A stretch of DNA of 64,000 nucleotides from the human T2T-CHM13v2.0 reference genome, Homo sapiens. Every line of letters starts with the position of its first letter. The stretch's first letter is position 1. A program made the position numbers and the translations under genes. The DNA lies in NCBI GenBank assembly GCA_009914755.4, contig CP068257.2:14432001-14496000 (forward strand), given 5' to 3'. A model generated the notes under the pieces. It did no database searches, was not told the origin of the DNA, and saw only the letters and a list, made by a program, of their open reading frames with translations. Of this stretch, positions 1-13,033 are shown piece by piece.

Positions 1-1039
1 TAGTTCAGGTTCTCACTCCTGTTTACACATCTTGTGTCTACAACCCACTGCAATCCACAGGATGTTAAAAGAATCTTACAATTACTGAATATGTAGTAAT
101 ATATTTTATGCCTAATGCTATATTTTTTAGTTTTTATCTACAGTGGTCAAGACTAGAGGGCATAGCTGACAAGTTGTTGACTTTCAGGGAATCAGCTTAA
201 TTTGGGGAAGGGAAAGGAGAAAACAGAATTGTGTAGTTTCTTAGCTTCCTGATGAAATGTTGTCCAGTTTCTTTCTCAATTTTCTATTTCTTTCTAGAAC
301 AATGTTGTACACTTACCATATGTCAGAAACTGTGCAGGCAATAAAATGATCCTCTCATGAACTCCAACTTCAACATTGTTATTGATTTTCATAATGAAAA
401 CACTATATCAATATATGTTCATGTATAATTGAGGTGTTTAGTTTGGTTACATAATTTATGGTACCCTCTTTTAAAAAAATCTAGAAAAGCAGAAGTTTTG
501 ACCCCTATGATTCTCATTTGAATGAAACTCCACTCCACTGTGCTCTCCACTGTGCCTTTGCCTCTTCTATGATCCTGATACCTAGAACTCAATACACTGC
601 TCCTTGGAAGGTTTGAGGAATGCAGGGTGAAGGAGGACTATCATCTCTGTGTTTGGGGGCCACTAGGCCCATGGATGTGGTGCAAAGACCTCAATAGCAG
701 GTTTAAGGATCATATTCTGATTTTGCCCATGCCTTACGCTATTCTCGGTACAGTTAGAATTTGATATTATTTTTTCTCGCAAGATTCCTTGATGTTCGCA
801 TTACTAATAATTACCTTTGTGGGAAAGAATCAAGGTCAACATAGCAGTTCCTTTCATTGCTTCTGAACTTACTGAGAAAGCACTTAAAGTATAGGACTTA
901 AGCACTAGTAAAGTACTTAAAACATTTATTTTCAGAATGTTAATTTTTACACAGTGAAAACTAGAGATAATAGTGTCAATGACTACTTAGTGATCACTTA
1001 ACTCCATGAGGTACTGTGAGAAGTGGTTAGGAGCATAAA

Positions 1040-1220
1040 ATCTCTGTACAGATGCCTGGTTCTGATTCTGAACTTCATGACTTAGTAGATACATAACCTT
1101 GGACAAGTTACATAACTTCCCCGGGCCCCAGTTTTCTCATCTGTGCAATAGTACATACCTTAAAAGACTGTGAGGATTCTAGTGCATTTTTGCAAAGGAT
1201 GGCATTATAAAGATGTGCAA
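1040..1220 (+). mobile_element. MIR SINE fragment
   Basis: Matches the MIR core (…gaccttgggcaagttacttaacctc…cctcagtttcctcatctgtaaaatgg… / here ccttggacaagttacataacttcc…ccagttttctcatctgtgcaatag…gactgtgaggattc…). Confidence 0.6.
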
Positions 1221-1859
1221 ATTCATGTTCTTTACTCTTCGAAGTATGGAATGTAGAGAGTATGTGTTTGTATATATTTAAATAAATATTAATGCAGTGT
1301 AGTTAAGTGCTATACCAGAGATGTATTTATGCTTCATAAATACTTTTAAAGTTTAATTTTACTTCACCTCTTTAACCAAGTTTTGTTTTTATTTGAACAA
1401 GTTGTCAACCATTGTTATAATCATCAGTTTTATCCCATCAAATATTGGTTTCATTTAAAAAGTTGTTTAAAAAGACTCTATGTTATTTTAATAATATCTA
1501 TATAAGTTTACAATTTCAGGCAACTAATAATATTCAATCCATTGATTCTACTTTTTCCTCCATTGCTCAGTGTATATATCAGAAAATACAAATGTCCGAA
1601 GTCACATGTAAAAATACATGAAACCATTTATTCTGATTTTTGCAAAGCTCGATGGTAGAGCTAATATTTTAGACCATGATACCCTAGAATGACCAGAGGT
1701 TAGGTTCCTAGTTAGTGGCATTCTGTAAAGACAATTAATCCATAGTCCAAGTGTCTAATGTTCAAGAATCAGATACTTGATCACGTAGACTGTCCTTTAA
1801 CAATCTCCATTGTACTCAGGAAGAAAATAATAGATTCTAATCCGAAGACCTGACCTAAA

Positions 1860-1985
1860 ACCCTTTGTAAGTGCTCCAAGCCTCACTTTTCTTATTATGA
1901 AATGGGGATAGTAATGCCTAACTGGAAAGATAATTGTGTGGGCTAAATAAGAGGACCTGTGGAGTACTGTTAGGTTTTCTCTTCT
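1860..1985 (+). mobile_element. MIR SINE fragment (3' half)
   Basis: aagcctcacttttcttattatgaaatggggatagtaatgcctaactgg…ggctaaataag resembles the MIR consensus segment cctcagtttcctcatctgtaaaatggggataataatagtacctacctc…gaggattaaatgag. Confidence 0.5.
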
Positions 1986-4900
1986 GTAAGTTTTGCAAAG
2001 TCTGTTCAAGTGTGTGTTTCAATGTCAATGAGAGCAACAGGACTTCAAATAAAATGCAAGCTTCTGAGGAGGCAAACTCTAGTATGATGTATTCTATAGA
2101 ATAGAGAATGACAAGATTCTTTAAAAATATTTCTCATTAAAACCCCCATTAGTTCAAATGATTTCAGGGGATTGTGAATGCAAGTTAATTAAATCAGAAT
2201 TCTTTCTCATCTTATCCTGGGAATGACTGAAACTAAAAATGGTTTCATTTTAAAAAGAGGTTCATGAGCTCGCTCCCTCTCTCCACCTCCATCTCTATCT
2301 CTGTCTTTCCCTGCCTCTGAGAGAAACTGACGTATTTGGGTAGAGAAGAGCATCAGTAAGTGTTTCCAGTGATTGAGGCAGAGGGATGTTCAAAGGCATG
2401 AGTATTTTTAGATTAATAGTAACGATGCAACTAATTTTCAGGTGTCTCATTAAGGTGAAAAATAATATACTATAAATAGCATCATATTTGGACACCTATG
2501 TGCCAATTTTATGATGCTTTTACAATTTCATCTAATCTATTACAATTTGTTATTACTCCCTTCAAGTTTTATCCATGCTTTCATGGTACTAATAATGAAG
2601 ATGACGATCAACTGAACTTTGCCATGATATTTTGTAGGTGTACCTGTTGTTTGAACTATGTATATAAATCATAAAGCAAAGAAATTACACATTGTGTTTG
2701 GGATATCTTATAGTAATATTGCCTTTTAATAATCCCCGTTTCTCCTTTTATTTAACAGCAATTACCCAACATCCTATTAAACATCAACAGAGATCGTCTT
2801 GCATGTCATTATAGTGCAATAAGATCTGTTTAGCTTTTCAGCTCTTACAAGATATTCATTTTGCAGTGGAGTTAAGCTTTTCTATTACCTTCCTAGGATG
2901 ATGGTTTAGGAGTCTTTAAAAATTTTTATTAAACTCATTTTAGTTATTTTTTCCCTTTGTTAGTTAATTGATTTTTCTAGGACTGAGAAAGTGGGTTTTT
3001 AACATATCTCTTCTCTAGGGATAGGCTTCAGTATGGGGGCTGTTGGAGAGACCATATACCCCATTTCTCCGGGGATATGTCTAGTTTATGCCTATTGTAC
3101 CAGGGTAATTATTGATGGTGCCCTCTTTCATTTTCAGTAGTGACCCATTTTTCATTAGAAATTATGTGGCCATTCTATAATATAAAGTTAATTTCTGAAT
3201 GTTTTGGTAAAGATTATATTTTTGGATATGCAAATCTGTTGTCATCATGAAAGTATTTGTACTTTGCAGATTGTGTAACATGAGTTTAGGTTTTGCAAAT
3301 GTGGTCACTACAGTAATAGATAATTTTGTTGATAGGTGTTAGACATGCAATGAGTAATTGTTGATCTAAACTCACTCATTTGAGCATCAGATTTCATTAG
3401 TACTCTAGTCTAGACTAACAGCAGGAAGAAGTCCAGCATGTCAATTCATTTAACAAATATTGGTTGAGCACTATGTGCCAATCATTGCTATAAGCACTGA
3501 GGGACACAGCAGTAAAGCAAATAGACAAAGTCCGCTGTGCTCATAAAGCTTGTGTTCTGAGGTCCTTTATAGGGTAATAATATATATTTATTAAGTTATA
3601 CCAATGACATTTTGCTCTCTTATACAAATTGCTTTGACAAAAGGAAGGTTTCATTTAAAATCCAGCCTGTTTTTATTCAGACTGCTCCATGATGTAGGCT
3701 AACTTTATACCATGAATTCCTACTGGGTACGTTTTTCTTTCTCTCACTCAGTAGCTTACCTGACATCTTAGGCCCTCCTGGAGTTGATGGTGCCAGCTGC
3801 CCATGATTTTTATGTTTTATTTAGTCAAGAAGCAGCTCAGAAATCCTAATAACTTGAGATCTTCTTATGTTCTAGCTAACACACAAAGGTACATGGAAAA
3901 TGTACTACCTTATTTGTTTTTGGAAACTTTTCTTTTCTCCCTGAGAACAGGTTATTGTCATTTTTGCCTATATATATAAAATTCATGTTTTTAAATGTAT
4001 CCTCGAGCTTTTCAAGTGATTTCTCTCCTGTGGAAGCACCTTCTCTTGTTATTTGGCTTTTTATAAAGCCCACGAATATTTTAAAATTTTAAATGACTTA
4101 TGTGCATAAAAAAATAAGCAATTTTTATATTAAGAATACATATTTAAGCAATTTATCTGTTAAGAGTACATATTTAAAATGAGAACAATTATATCATAAA
4201 ACCAGAACTGTTTGGAGTTTGACATAGACTTGAGACAATTGTTTAATTCCTTTATTTTTTAAATGTGCCCAGAAAATGTGTAAAGAAATGGTATTCAACT
4301 TGCTCAGATTTACAGAGTAGTTTGTGATAGACTCAGAAAAAAAAGATTTTTTAAAATTTGAATTTTTAAAGTTTTGATTATAAAAATATTTTCTCTGCTC
4401 TAAATTTGAAAAATTTTAGAGTTATATGAAAGAAAATTGAAATATTTAGTTATTTTACTCTGTATAAATTACCATAGTTGCACAAATTCTAAAAATACAT
4501 ATGTCTTTTGAATAATATTGAAGTTTCACTATATAAATATTTATATCTTGTTTTTAAACATGAAGAGAGAAAATATTATGTGGTATGATATAAGGGATGC
4601 ACATTTAGATGAAAAATAAAGGAAGAAAGAATTGATAAGACAGGCATTTAAAAACCTAGGTATTTTTGAATTACAACTTCACAAATTATATGAGGCTATA
4701 TAGGATATATATAGAAGTGAATATGAATATGTCAATGTCATTTCATAAAAATGTTTTGTGGTACACTGAAGAGAGACATGTCAAAGTGACAATGCTGTCA
4801 TAGATGTGGATGCCCTTTCTTGCTCCTGGGAAGTAGTATCTCTTCCCTCCACATATACTCTGGGTTATACCCTCTCTTAAATCCTCATGGAATTTTTCCA

Positions 4901-6852
4901 TCGATGATCCTTCTCCTGTATCATCACCTTCCTCTCAACCAGTTCTTCCCTCCCAGAACTCAAAAATGACCAACTTTCACTCATCCTAAGTAAACAGATG
5001 AGGAAAACAATAATAGCCACCCCCCATAAACCTATTTCCTCTTGTATCTCTTACTTATCCATTCTGTTGCTGGACACGAAGTCAGGAGAGCTGAGAAAAG
5101 ACTCTAACTCACTCGGGACAAGTAGTGTAACTTCTTTGCACTCCAGCAGAATTGATAGTTTTATATTTCATAAAATATAAAACGGTGTTAAAAAGCTATA
5201 GTTTTTTTTTTTCCAAAAGTACTTTGTCCACCTTGAACACCACATAAATGTAAAGGAGAAGAGAGGAAATATCCTCTACAAGCTACTTTTTAATTGTTAT
5301 TTTTAGGGAGCTCTAAAGTAACTCTAAAGGTGTTTTTGACATAATATAATTACCATTTACAGCCATGATCTCATTTCCATTTATTTATTTTGAGATTCTG
5401 TTCCCACTCAGGGTTCTAATGGTGCAGGGGTGGTAGTAGGGTCAAGTTATTTTAAATAACGATCAAGGAAACAATCTATTTTTAAAGGAAATAAGCTCTT
5501 TGTGCTATTGAACAAAGATCGCTGCACTTGAAGTCTATTTGTTACTCCAAAATTATTTCAATGAGAGTAGGAATCAGATGATCTCATATCTATTGCTAGC
5601 TATGCCACTAGTCATTTGTGTGACATTGGAAAACTGGTGTTTATTGGTTTATCAGGATGGACAGGAGACCAGATCAGGACTTTCAACAACTTTTCTTAAA
5701 GTAGAATTCTTTCTTAAATAAAATCGACTCAGAATCTCAAAATATTTTTAGAAAGTGCAATGACCCTGTTTGGATTAGGGTTGGGAACCTCAGAGCTGTA
5801 TTCTTTTACTCCTCATGCACTTTAGGTGGTGCCTAAGATGCCCTCATTACAGCCTCGTAACTCCATGAGAATAAAGCCACTAGAGTAGATAATTGTTGAC
5901 ATTGCTTAGAGTTTGAAAATTAGACTGTTTTTTTTTTGTTGTTGTTTTGTTTTGGTTTTGCTTCTTTTGGTCAGCCATTAATTAATATAAATTAAACTTC
6001 CACTAGATGGCAGTAGATCAAATCTTTGATCTTGACAATCTTCAGTCTAATATTTAAAAGCACATATTTGGACTTCTTACACAAATTTTAGAAGAATTTT
6101 ATTGTCTTATATTTTAAACTTTAAAATTCTTTTTCAACCTCTGAATTTTCACTTGGTATTCTGTTTTCAAGACATTACGAACTATTGGTTAGTCCAGTCT
6201 TTATGATGTCTGGTAAAAAATATTACTTGCTCTGATTATAGAAATTTTTAAAAATTGCATAATGTTCAAGTGAACACATTTTCATGAGCATCTAAATTTA
6301 TTATTCATACAGTCTTGATTTTACAGCTTCACTGGAAGGCTAATTTTTAACCCAAAATTTACAGTGACCTGGTCATTCATTTTGCTATCCCATAACGCCC
6401 ACTCCCTTCCACAGCAATGCAATTCCAATGATAGTCTGCATTGTGTATACTCTTAACTTTGCAGAGAGGGGATGCTTTCAAATTATATTAGATGATGGGA
6501 ATTTGTGATAAGGATAACTAGCGAAATGAGGTATCTCAGGAAGCTGCTTCATATCCCTAAGGTTAAAGGTATAGTAATTTCTTGGAGGTACAGAGCAACA
6601 CCTTCCTTTGGGATTCAGCAGGTCCTCCTGGAACCCAACAGCTCTGGTACCCTCATGCCAACAATGAGCCTCCCAGAAGTTGCCTCTGCTCCTCTTTTTG
6701 GATACCACTTATTTATACTCCCCAGGAAAGAAGAACTGGTTGAGTCAGTTTGTTGTAGTTGTACACAGATCATCCCTTAAGTGCAGTCTCTTGCTAAGTA
6801 AGTCCCCTGAGTTGGTTAGACCCGACTGAGGACAGCTTATTCTTTAACTAGT

Positions 6853-7213
6853 GTATTAGTCTGTCTCATGCTGCTAAAAAGACATCCCTGAGACTGGGTA
6901 ATTTATCAAGGAAAGAGGTTTAATAGACTCATAGTTCCACATGGCTGGGGAGGCCTCACAATCGTGGCAGAAGATGAAGGAAGCGCAAAGGGACGTCCTA
7001 CATGGTGGCAGGCAAGGGAGCATGTGCAAGGGAACTCCTCTCTATAAAACCATCAGATCCCGTGAGACTTATTCGCTATCATGAGAATGGCACAGGAAAG
7101 ACTCGCCCCCATGATACAATTACCTCCCATCGGGTCCCTCCCACAACACTCGGGAATTATGGAAGCCACAATTCAAGGTGAGATTTGGATGGGGACGCAG
7201 ACAAACCATATCA
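6853..7213 (-). mobile_element. ERVL-MaLR solitary LTR, THE1-like (~360 bp)
   Basis: Starts tgtattagtctg…ctgagactgggtaatttatcaaggaaagaggtttaat…cacagttccacatggctggggaggcctcacaatc and ends …gatggggacgcagacaaaccatatca. This is the reverse complement of the THE1 consensus TGATATGGTTTGGCTGTGTCCCCACCCAAATCTCA…TAATACA. Confidence 0.75.
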
Positions 7214-8403
7214 AATAGCCAACATAAAAGGTCAAAGTTTATGCCTGTTTTCCAGGTGAAACTAGTGATAGCTCTAGCTCCCCATTTTACTCTCAAAGTG
7301 ATCCCAATTCAAAAGCTCAATGATATGATCACCTGAACACACAGTTATCTTTACCTTGAGAACTAAGTCTGATCTTCAAGCCAGAGTCGTAGACACAAGA
7401 CTTGTCTAATGAAAATAATTGTCTGTGGCAACTTTCTTAGGAAGGAGCTGTGGGACACAGGTATTTAGAGTTGTATGAACTGCCAATTATGTAGTCCTTA
7501 GAAGAAAAGAAAAGAGAAATTAAAGATGAAAGCTAACTTTAAACTCAAATTCCTACCTCACTGGTTCAATTTTATCCACTAGATACCATCTTTTTCTAAT
7601 GCATTGTGGAAAAGAGTATTATTTTCATTGTTAAGGATAGTATAAAACTAGAAAAGAAATTAAGTGGCTTGACTGTATCACATTGTAAATATCAGAGAGA
7701 ATTCCAAAATTAGAACTTTAGAGATGGTTAGTCACAATCTATTAGGCATAAGTAGTAGACTGAGTCTTTTAATTATCACTCTGTATAATAATTCACATGC
7801 CACCAAATGTATTGGAAATAGTTATCTTTCCATCAAAACTATTACCCCCAATTTTTTAAGTAATCATATTTTTAGATTTTAAATACATTTTCTCCCACAT
7901 TAGTCCTCTATCACTTTAATGAGTATAGTTAATATGGTGAATCGTAGATTCTAAAGCCCTTTCTCTTTTTTTTTGCCCTCAGAACAGATTTATAATGAAA
8001 AAAAAACTTAAGTGACTGAAATGTTCAACCTGAGGAAGAGAAGCCAGACTCACTGGTCCCATTCCTCAGAATGTAGTTTCTTTCAGAGAGGGCTGTGATG
8101 AAATTTTGGCCTATCTCAATGTACAACACCAGAAAGAGAGATGATATTATAATTTGAGACATTTTGTTTAGAACGATTTCATGCATTCTTCTAATCAGAA
8201 TGGGCTATTGAAAACATTTGTGCTAAGCCTGTCCTCTGGAAATCATTTATTTCATTTGTGGTATTTCAAACATCATCGTGCTGAGTTGGAGGGCAGTGGC
8301 CATTATAGTCATACAAATAATACTGTATCACTTTGTTTAAAGTATAGAAAGACCCGCTTGTTGGTTGAAAACCTCCTATGTCTTTCTGAAAGATTAGCTT
8401 CTG

Positions 8404-9126
8404 TTCACCAAATTCCATGTTATTTTCCTTCTCCTGAATACAAAGAAAGAGTAGATTTCTTAGCCGCTAAACGGTTAGGTGGCAGCATGTGACTAATTCT
8501 GGCTCATGAAATTTGATCAGAAGGCATCAGAGTCACTTCACCGACTCTGGCCTGTGTCCTGAGATGGCCAAGCTCCAGCATGGAAACAGCCTGGATTTCT
8601 AAGACTCTGCTTGGAAAGGAGCCGCACCAAAGTGAAGGATGAAGTGAAATACACTGAGTACTAAGTGAAGATGAAAGATTTTTATGACATAAGTTACTGA
8701 AATTTCAAGATTCATTTGTTACCATTGTATAGCCTGGATTTTCCTGACTACCATAGGAAATATATGAAGTTTAGCTTTATAATTTAATTTTATTTTTCTG
8801 ACTTAGCTTAGTCTTTGCCGTAGCTGAGATTCTTTCAAGCAAGTAGTGAGTGAGATGGATCATTACTTAAGTGTTCATTACTTAAATGTTCATTCCAATA
8901 TTACACCGAATTGGATGATATCTTGTATCATATGTTTATGTGGCCAGACTGATCAGTGACAGTTTGGAAGACATGTATCTGGTGCAGCTAAATTTTGTGA
9001 GCCAGAATTAGTCACATTTCATGAGCCAGAATTAGTCACATGGTGCCACCTAACTGTTTAGGGGCTAAGAAATCTACTCTTTCCTTGTACGCCGGAGAAA
9101 GAAAATAACGTGAGATTTGGTGAACA
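8404..9126. repeat. Inverted duplication: ~110-bp arms (8404-8513 and 9018-9126, ~90% identical as reverse complements) around a ~504-bp spacer
   Basis: The reverse complement of 8404-8513 (atttcatgagccagaattagtcacatgctgccacctaaccgtttagcggctaagaaatctactctttctttgtattcaggagaagg…) aligns base-for-base with 9018-9126 (atttcatgagccagaattagtcacatggtgccacctaactgtttaggggctaagaaatctactctttccttgtacgccggagaaag…). The right arm also carries a local 22-bp tandem duplication (catgagccagaattagtcacat x2). Confidence 0.8.
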
Positions 9127-9617
9127 GTACAAAAGACATGAATTGAGATTATCATCCAAATCATTTTTAACCTGCCTAAAATATGAGAAATCATTTAGAA
9201 CATATAGAATCTGTAGGCAAATGTAAGCTGTAAATCCGTATAGTAAGAGAAGGAAAAAGGCAGTAATATTTTGTAGTTTGTGATTTTAAAAAATCAACGT
9301 ATAATCTTAGAGTTCTCAGATTTTATTTGTAAAGTAATAGTGTTGTGGAACTAGCAAATAATCATTAAGTTTCTGTGATACATTAACTCTTTCAGCATAA
9401 GAACATGTGAATATTTGCCTTGTAGATACGGCGATGAGAGGTTCTGGTTTATTTGGGGGCAGTCTCAGTTTATATCTTTTGTTTCATTACAATTCTTAAT
9501 AGTGTCGCTTTTCATTCAAATATTACACTGAATTAGATGATATCTTGTATCATGTGTCTATGAGGCTAGACTGATCAGTGACAGTTTGGAAAACACGTAT
9601 CTGGTGCAGCTAAATTT
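8889..9617 (+). repeat. Dispersed ~106-bp direct duplicate: 8889-8994 and 9511-9617 (~92% identical)
   Basis: ttcattccaatattacaccgaattggatgatatcttgtatcatatgtttatgtggccagactgatcagtgacagtttggaagacatgtatctggtgcagctaaatt matches ttcattcaaatattacactgaattagatgatatcttgtatcatgtgtctatgaggctagactgatcagtgacagtttggaaaacacgtatctggtgcagctaaatt. Confidence 0.8.
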
Positions 9618-12600
9618 CTTTTTTTTTCCTCAGTTCTGTGGAACATAATACGGCATGAAAATATCATTATATGAGGATGTTACCACATCCCCATGTAATG
9701 GGATCAGCCCACAAAATATTTTTGAATCCATAACTTAGTGAAAGCATTGTGATGAGTACATCTAAAATAAACATTTCTAGGTTTCTGTGGATGGACTCAG
9801 GAACCTAATCATCAGGTATATAAAACATTAAATCAAATGAAAAGTGCAGTCTAGTTTTCAATAACTAACTTGCCAAAGAGCTTTAGGACGTAACTGTTTG
9901 TCATTTCAGCATAAGCAGTGGTTTTTAAATGCAGCTTTCAGTTGTATTAATTGTGTAGGTATTTTATTTTTTATTATGGAGAATTTTGAAAAATACCAAA
10001 ATTACATAATAGTATATCAAACTACCTTGCAGCTATTAACCAGTCCAAATAGACATCAACCAATTGTGAGTTCTGTCCTATCCATACCCCCATCTAAATT
10101 TCCCCCTATATTATTTTGAAGTAAATCCAGACATCATATCATCTTATTTTTACATATTTTAGCATTTGTCCCCAACAAGATGTACACTTTGGTAAACATA
10201 GTTTTATGTGGTTTCTGTATAATAGCATAGATTGAACAAATATTTGTCAAAACAAATTTGGGTTGAAGTTTAACATGTCAGCATTTACCCACATTAAATA
10301 GTCATTATCTCTTGGACTAACAGTTTCCCAATATCACCTTAATCAGAACAAATTACCTTTAAATATTCCAAAAGTAAACTCTAAATTTCCCTTTAGACAA
10401 TTTAGAGGGGTATGTATACGCTCCAATCCAGAGATCAAGGAGCTCTGAAATGGATTCTGCAGCTGTCTCCCTTTGAAATTCTTTGCTCTGACACTCCAGA
10501 TAACAGTACGACTTAGCTTTCCTGGGAAGCAAATAGGCTGCTCTTCAAAGGGTGAATACCTTAGACTGACAGGTTAACTTCAAGAATGTAATTCTAATAA
10601 ATGGAATTTATGGGGCAAATGTTAAAAACACTAAAAAATACCTTTTATTGGCCTGTTTATTGAGACTAGGAAGGAACATCATGTTACAAACAAATTCTGT
10701 TTTCTTTGTGCTAAAACATTCCTATGTCATCTTTTAATAAACTTAACTGGATTTATAGGAAAGGAAAAGTATTCCCTTTGTTTTATACTTCAGAAAATAA
10801 TTAAAACACATTTCTGATTTGTATGAAAAGAGAAAGCCAGACAAAATTTTTAAAATTTATCAAATGTAAAATTGAAAGGAAAAGAGGAAATCTTGGTACA
10901 GGTTATATTTGTAGCAAAATTAGAGAAATTTGGAAGGTTGCAACATATTGTTTATGTATTGTACCAGTTTCCTGGAACTTACTATCTATATACATAATAT
11001 GTTTTTTATTTGTATGTAAATGATGTAAAATGATTAAGATGGTAGAGCTAATACGGTTTCTTGAAGAAGGAGGACATTAGGGTTAGAGCTTATATTAATT
11101 GAATCACAGGTCTTTTTTTGGCTCCTTATATCAGTGGATATAGATGGCATTAACTTAATTTAGGCATTTGATTTAGATTACAGTGCAGGAGTAAGAAGCA
11201 TATTTAAGGGAATAGCTCTGTTTTCACCACTTAGCAGCCATATAACCAAGGTTAAACCTTGCTTCTCTAATTATGTAATGATAGTAATTTAACCTATAAA
11301 GGGACTGCAAGGATTAAATAGAACTGTCTTGGTAAATATTTTTAAAATGAGCTCTATTTTCATGTTTATGCATAATAAAAATACTCACATTTTAAGTGTA
11401 CAATTTGTGTCCTTGGCAAATACATATAGTCATGTAGCCAACATCATAATCATGATGGAAAACATTTCCATCACCTTGGAAAATTCCCTTGAGTCCCTTT
11501 GTGGTCAATCGGCTCCACCTACCCTCAGCTTCTGCAACTACTGATTTGCATTCTGTCATTACAATTTTGCATTTTCTGGAATTTCATGTAAATGGAATAA
11601 CACAGTATACAGACTTTTGTGTCTGGCTTTTTCTACTTAGCATAATGCTTTGGAGATTTATTCAGATCCTTGAGGGTATCAGTAGCTCATCTGATTTATT
11701 GCTGAGCAGTCTCCTGTATTGACTGCATATATGACAAGTGGATGGACACTGAGATTGTTTCCAGTTAGGGAATGTTATGAATAATGTTCTGTGAACATTA
11801 AAGTATAAGGCTTTTGTGGATAAAGCTCTGATTTATCATAGCTAATTGTGTAGAAATGGGATTACTGGGTTGCGTGTTAAGTTCCTGCTTAACTTTTTAA
11901 GTAACTTACAAGGTATTTTTTTTTTTAATTGGCTAAACCATTTGCAGTTCCCTCAACCACATACCACTTGCTCCACAACCTCACCAACCATTGGTATTGG
12001 TCATTAAAAAAAATTATCCCTTCTAAAATGTGTATGTAATGGTATCTCATTGTAGCTTTAACTTGAATTTGTTTGGTTTTCAAATCAGGTAATTTGGACT
12101 GATAAAGTAAGTTGAGAAGTATTTTATTTTCTATTTTTCAGAAGCATGTGTGCAAAATTGATATTATTTTTCCTTAAATGTTTAGTAGAATTCACCAGTG
12201 TCATCTAGGCTAATACTTTGTAGACTAATACTTTCAGCCTGTTTCCTTGTGCTTATTGTCCATTCGAGTATCTTCTTCAGGATGCTCATTTTTACTGCAT
12301 CTTTTTTCTTTCTGTTGGGTTTTAAGAATTCTTTAAATATATATGACGTAAATCTTTTGTCATATATATGTCTGCAGATGTTGTTCCTAGTCTGTGGCAT
12401 GACTTTTTATTACCTTAACAGTGTTTTTTGATAAATGAAAACCTTTAATATTAATGATGTCCAATTTAACAATTGATATTTCATAATTTGCACTTTTTGT
12501 GTCCTGGCCAAAGATTGTTTGCCTAAGCCAACATCACCAAGACCTTCTCTTATATTTCCTTTTACATGTTGTATAATCTATTATGTTTAATTCTATGAAC

Positions 12601-12751
12601 CATTTCAGGTTAATTTATGTATATGATTTGAAGTCAGGGTCGATGTTCATTTTATTTGTGCATAAATACTCATTAGAGTATTCTTTGTTGAAACGACTAT
12701 GCGTCCTTTGTTGCATAACCTAGGCACGTTTTTCAAAAAATAAATTGATGA

Positions 12752-13033
12752 GAGGCCAAGGCAGGAAGATCATTTGAGGTCAGGAGCTCAAGACCAGCCT
12801 GGCCAACATGGTGAAACCCCGTCTCTACTAAAAATACAAAAATTAGCCAGGCCTGGTGGCACACGCCTGTAATCCCAGCTACTTAGAAGGCTGAGGCACA
12901 AGAATCACTTGAAGCAACCCAGGAGGGAAAGGCTGCAGCGAGCCAAGATGGCACCTCTGCACTCCAGCCTGGGTGACAGAGTGAGACTCTGTCTTAAAAA
13001 ATAAAAAATCAAATCAAAATAAATAAATAAATG
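12752..13033 (+). mobile_element. Alu SINE (5'-truncated, starts near consensus position ~33) with A-rich tail
   Basis: gaggccaaggcaggaagatcatttgaggtcaggagctcaagaccagcctggccaacatggtgaaaccccgtctctactaaaaatacaaaaattagccaggc…gcactccagcctgggtgacagagtgagactctgtcttaaaaaataaaaaa. Confidence 0.95.

Noticed and set aside
8181-8492. 103-aa plus-strand ORF
   Set aside because: It overlaps the left arm of the inverted duplication, has no homology signal, and is probably a chance ORF.
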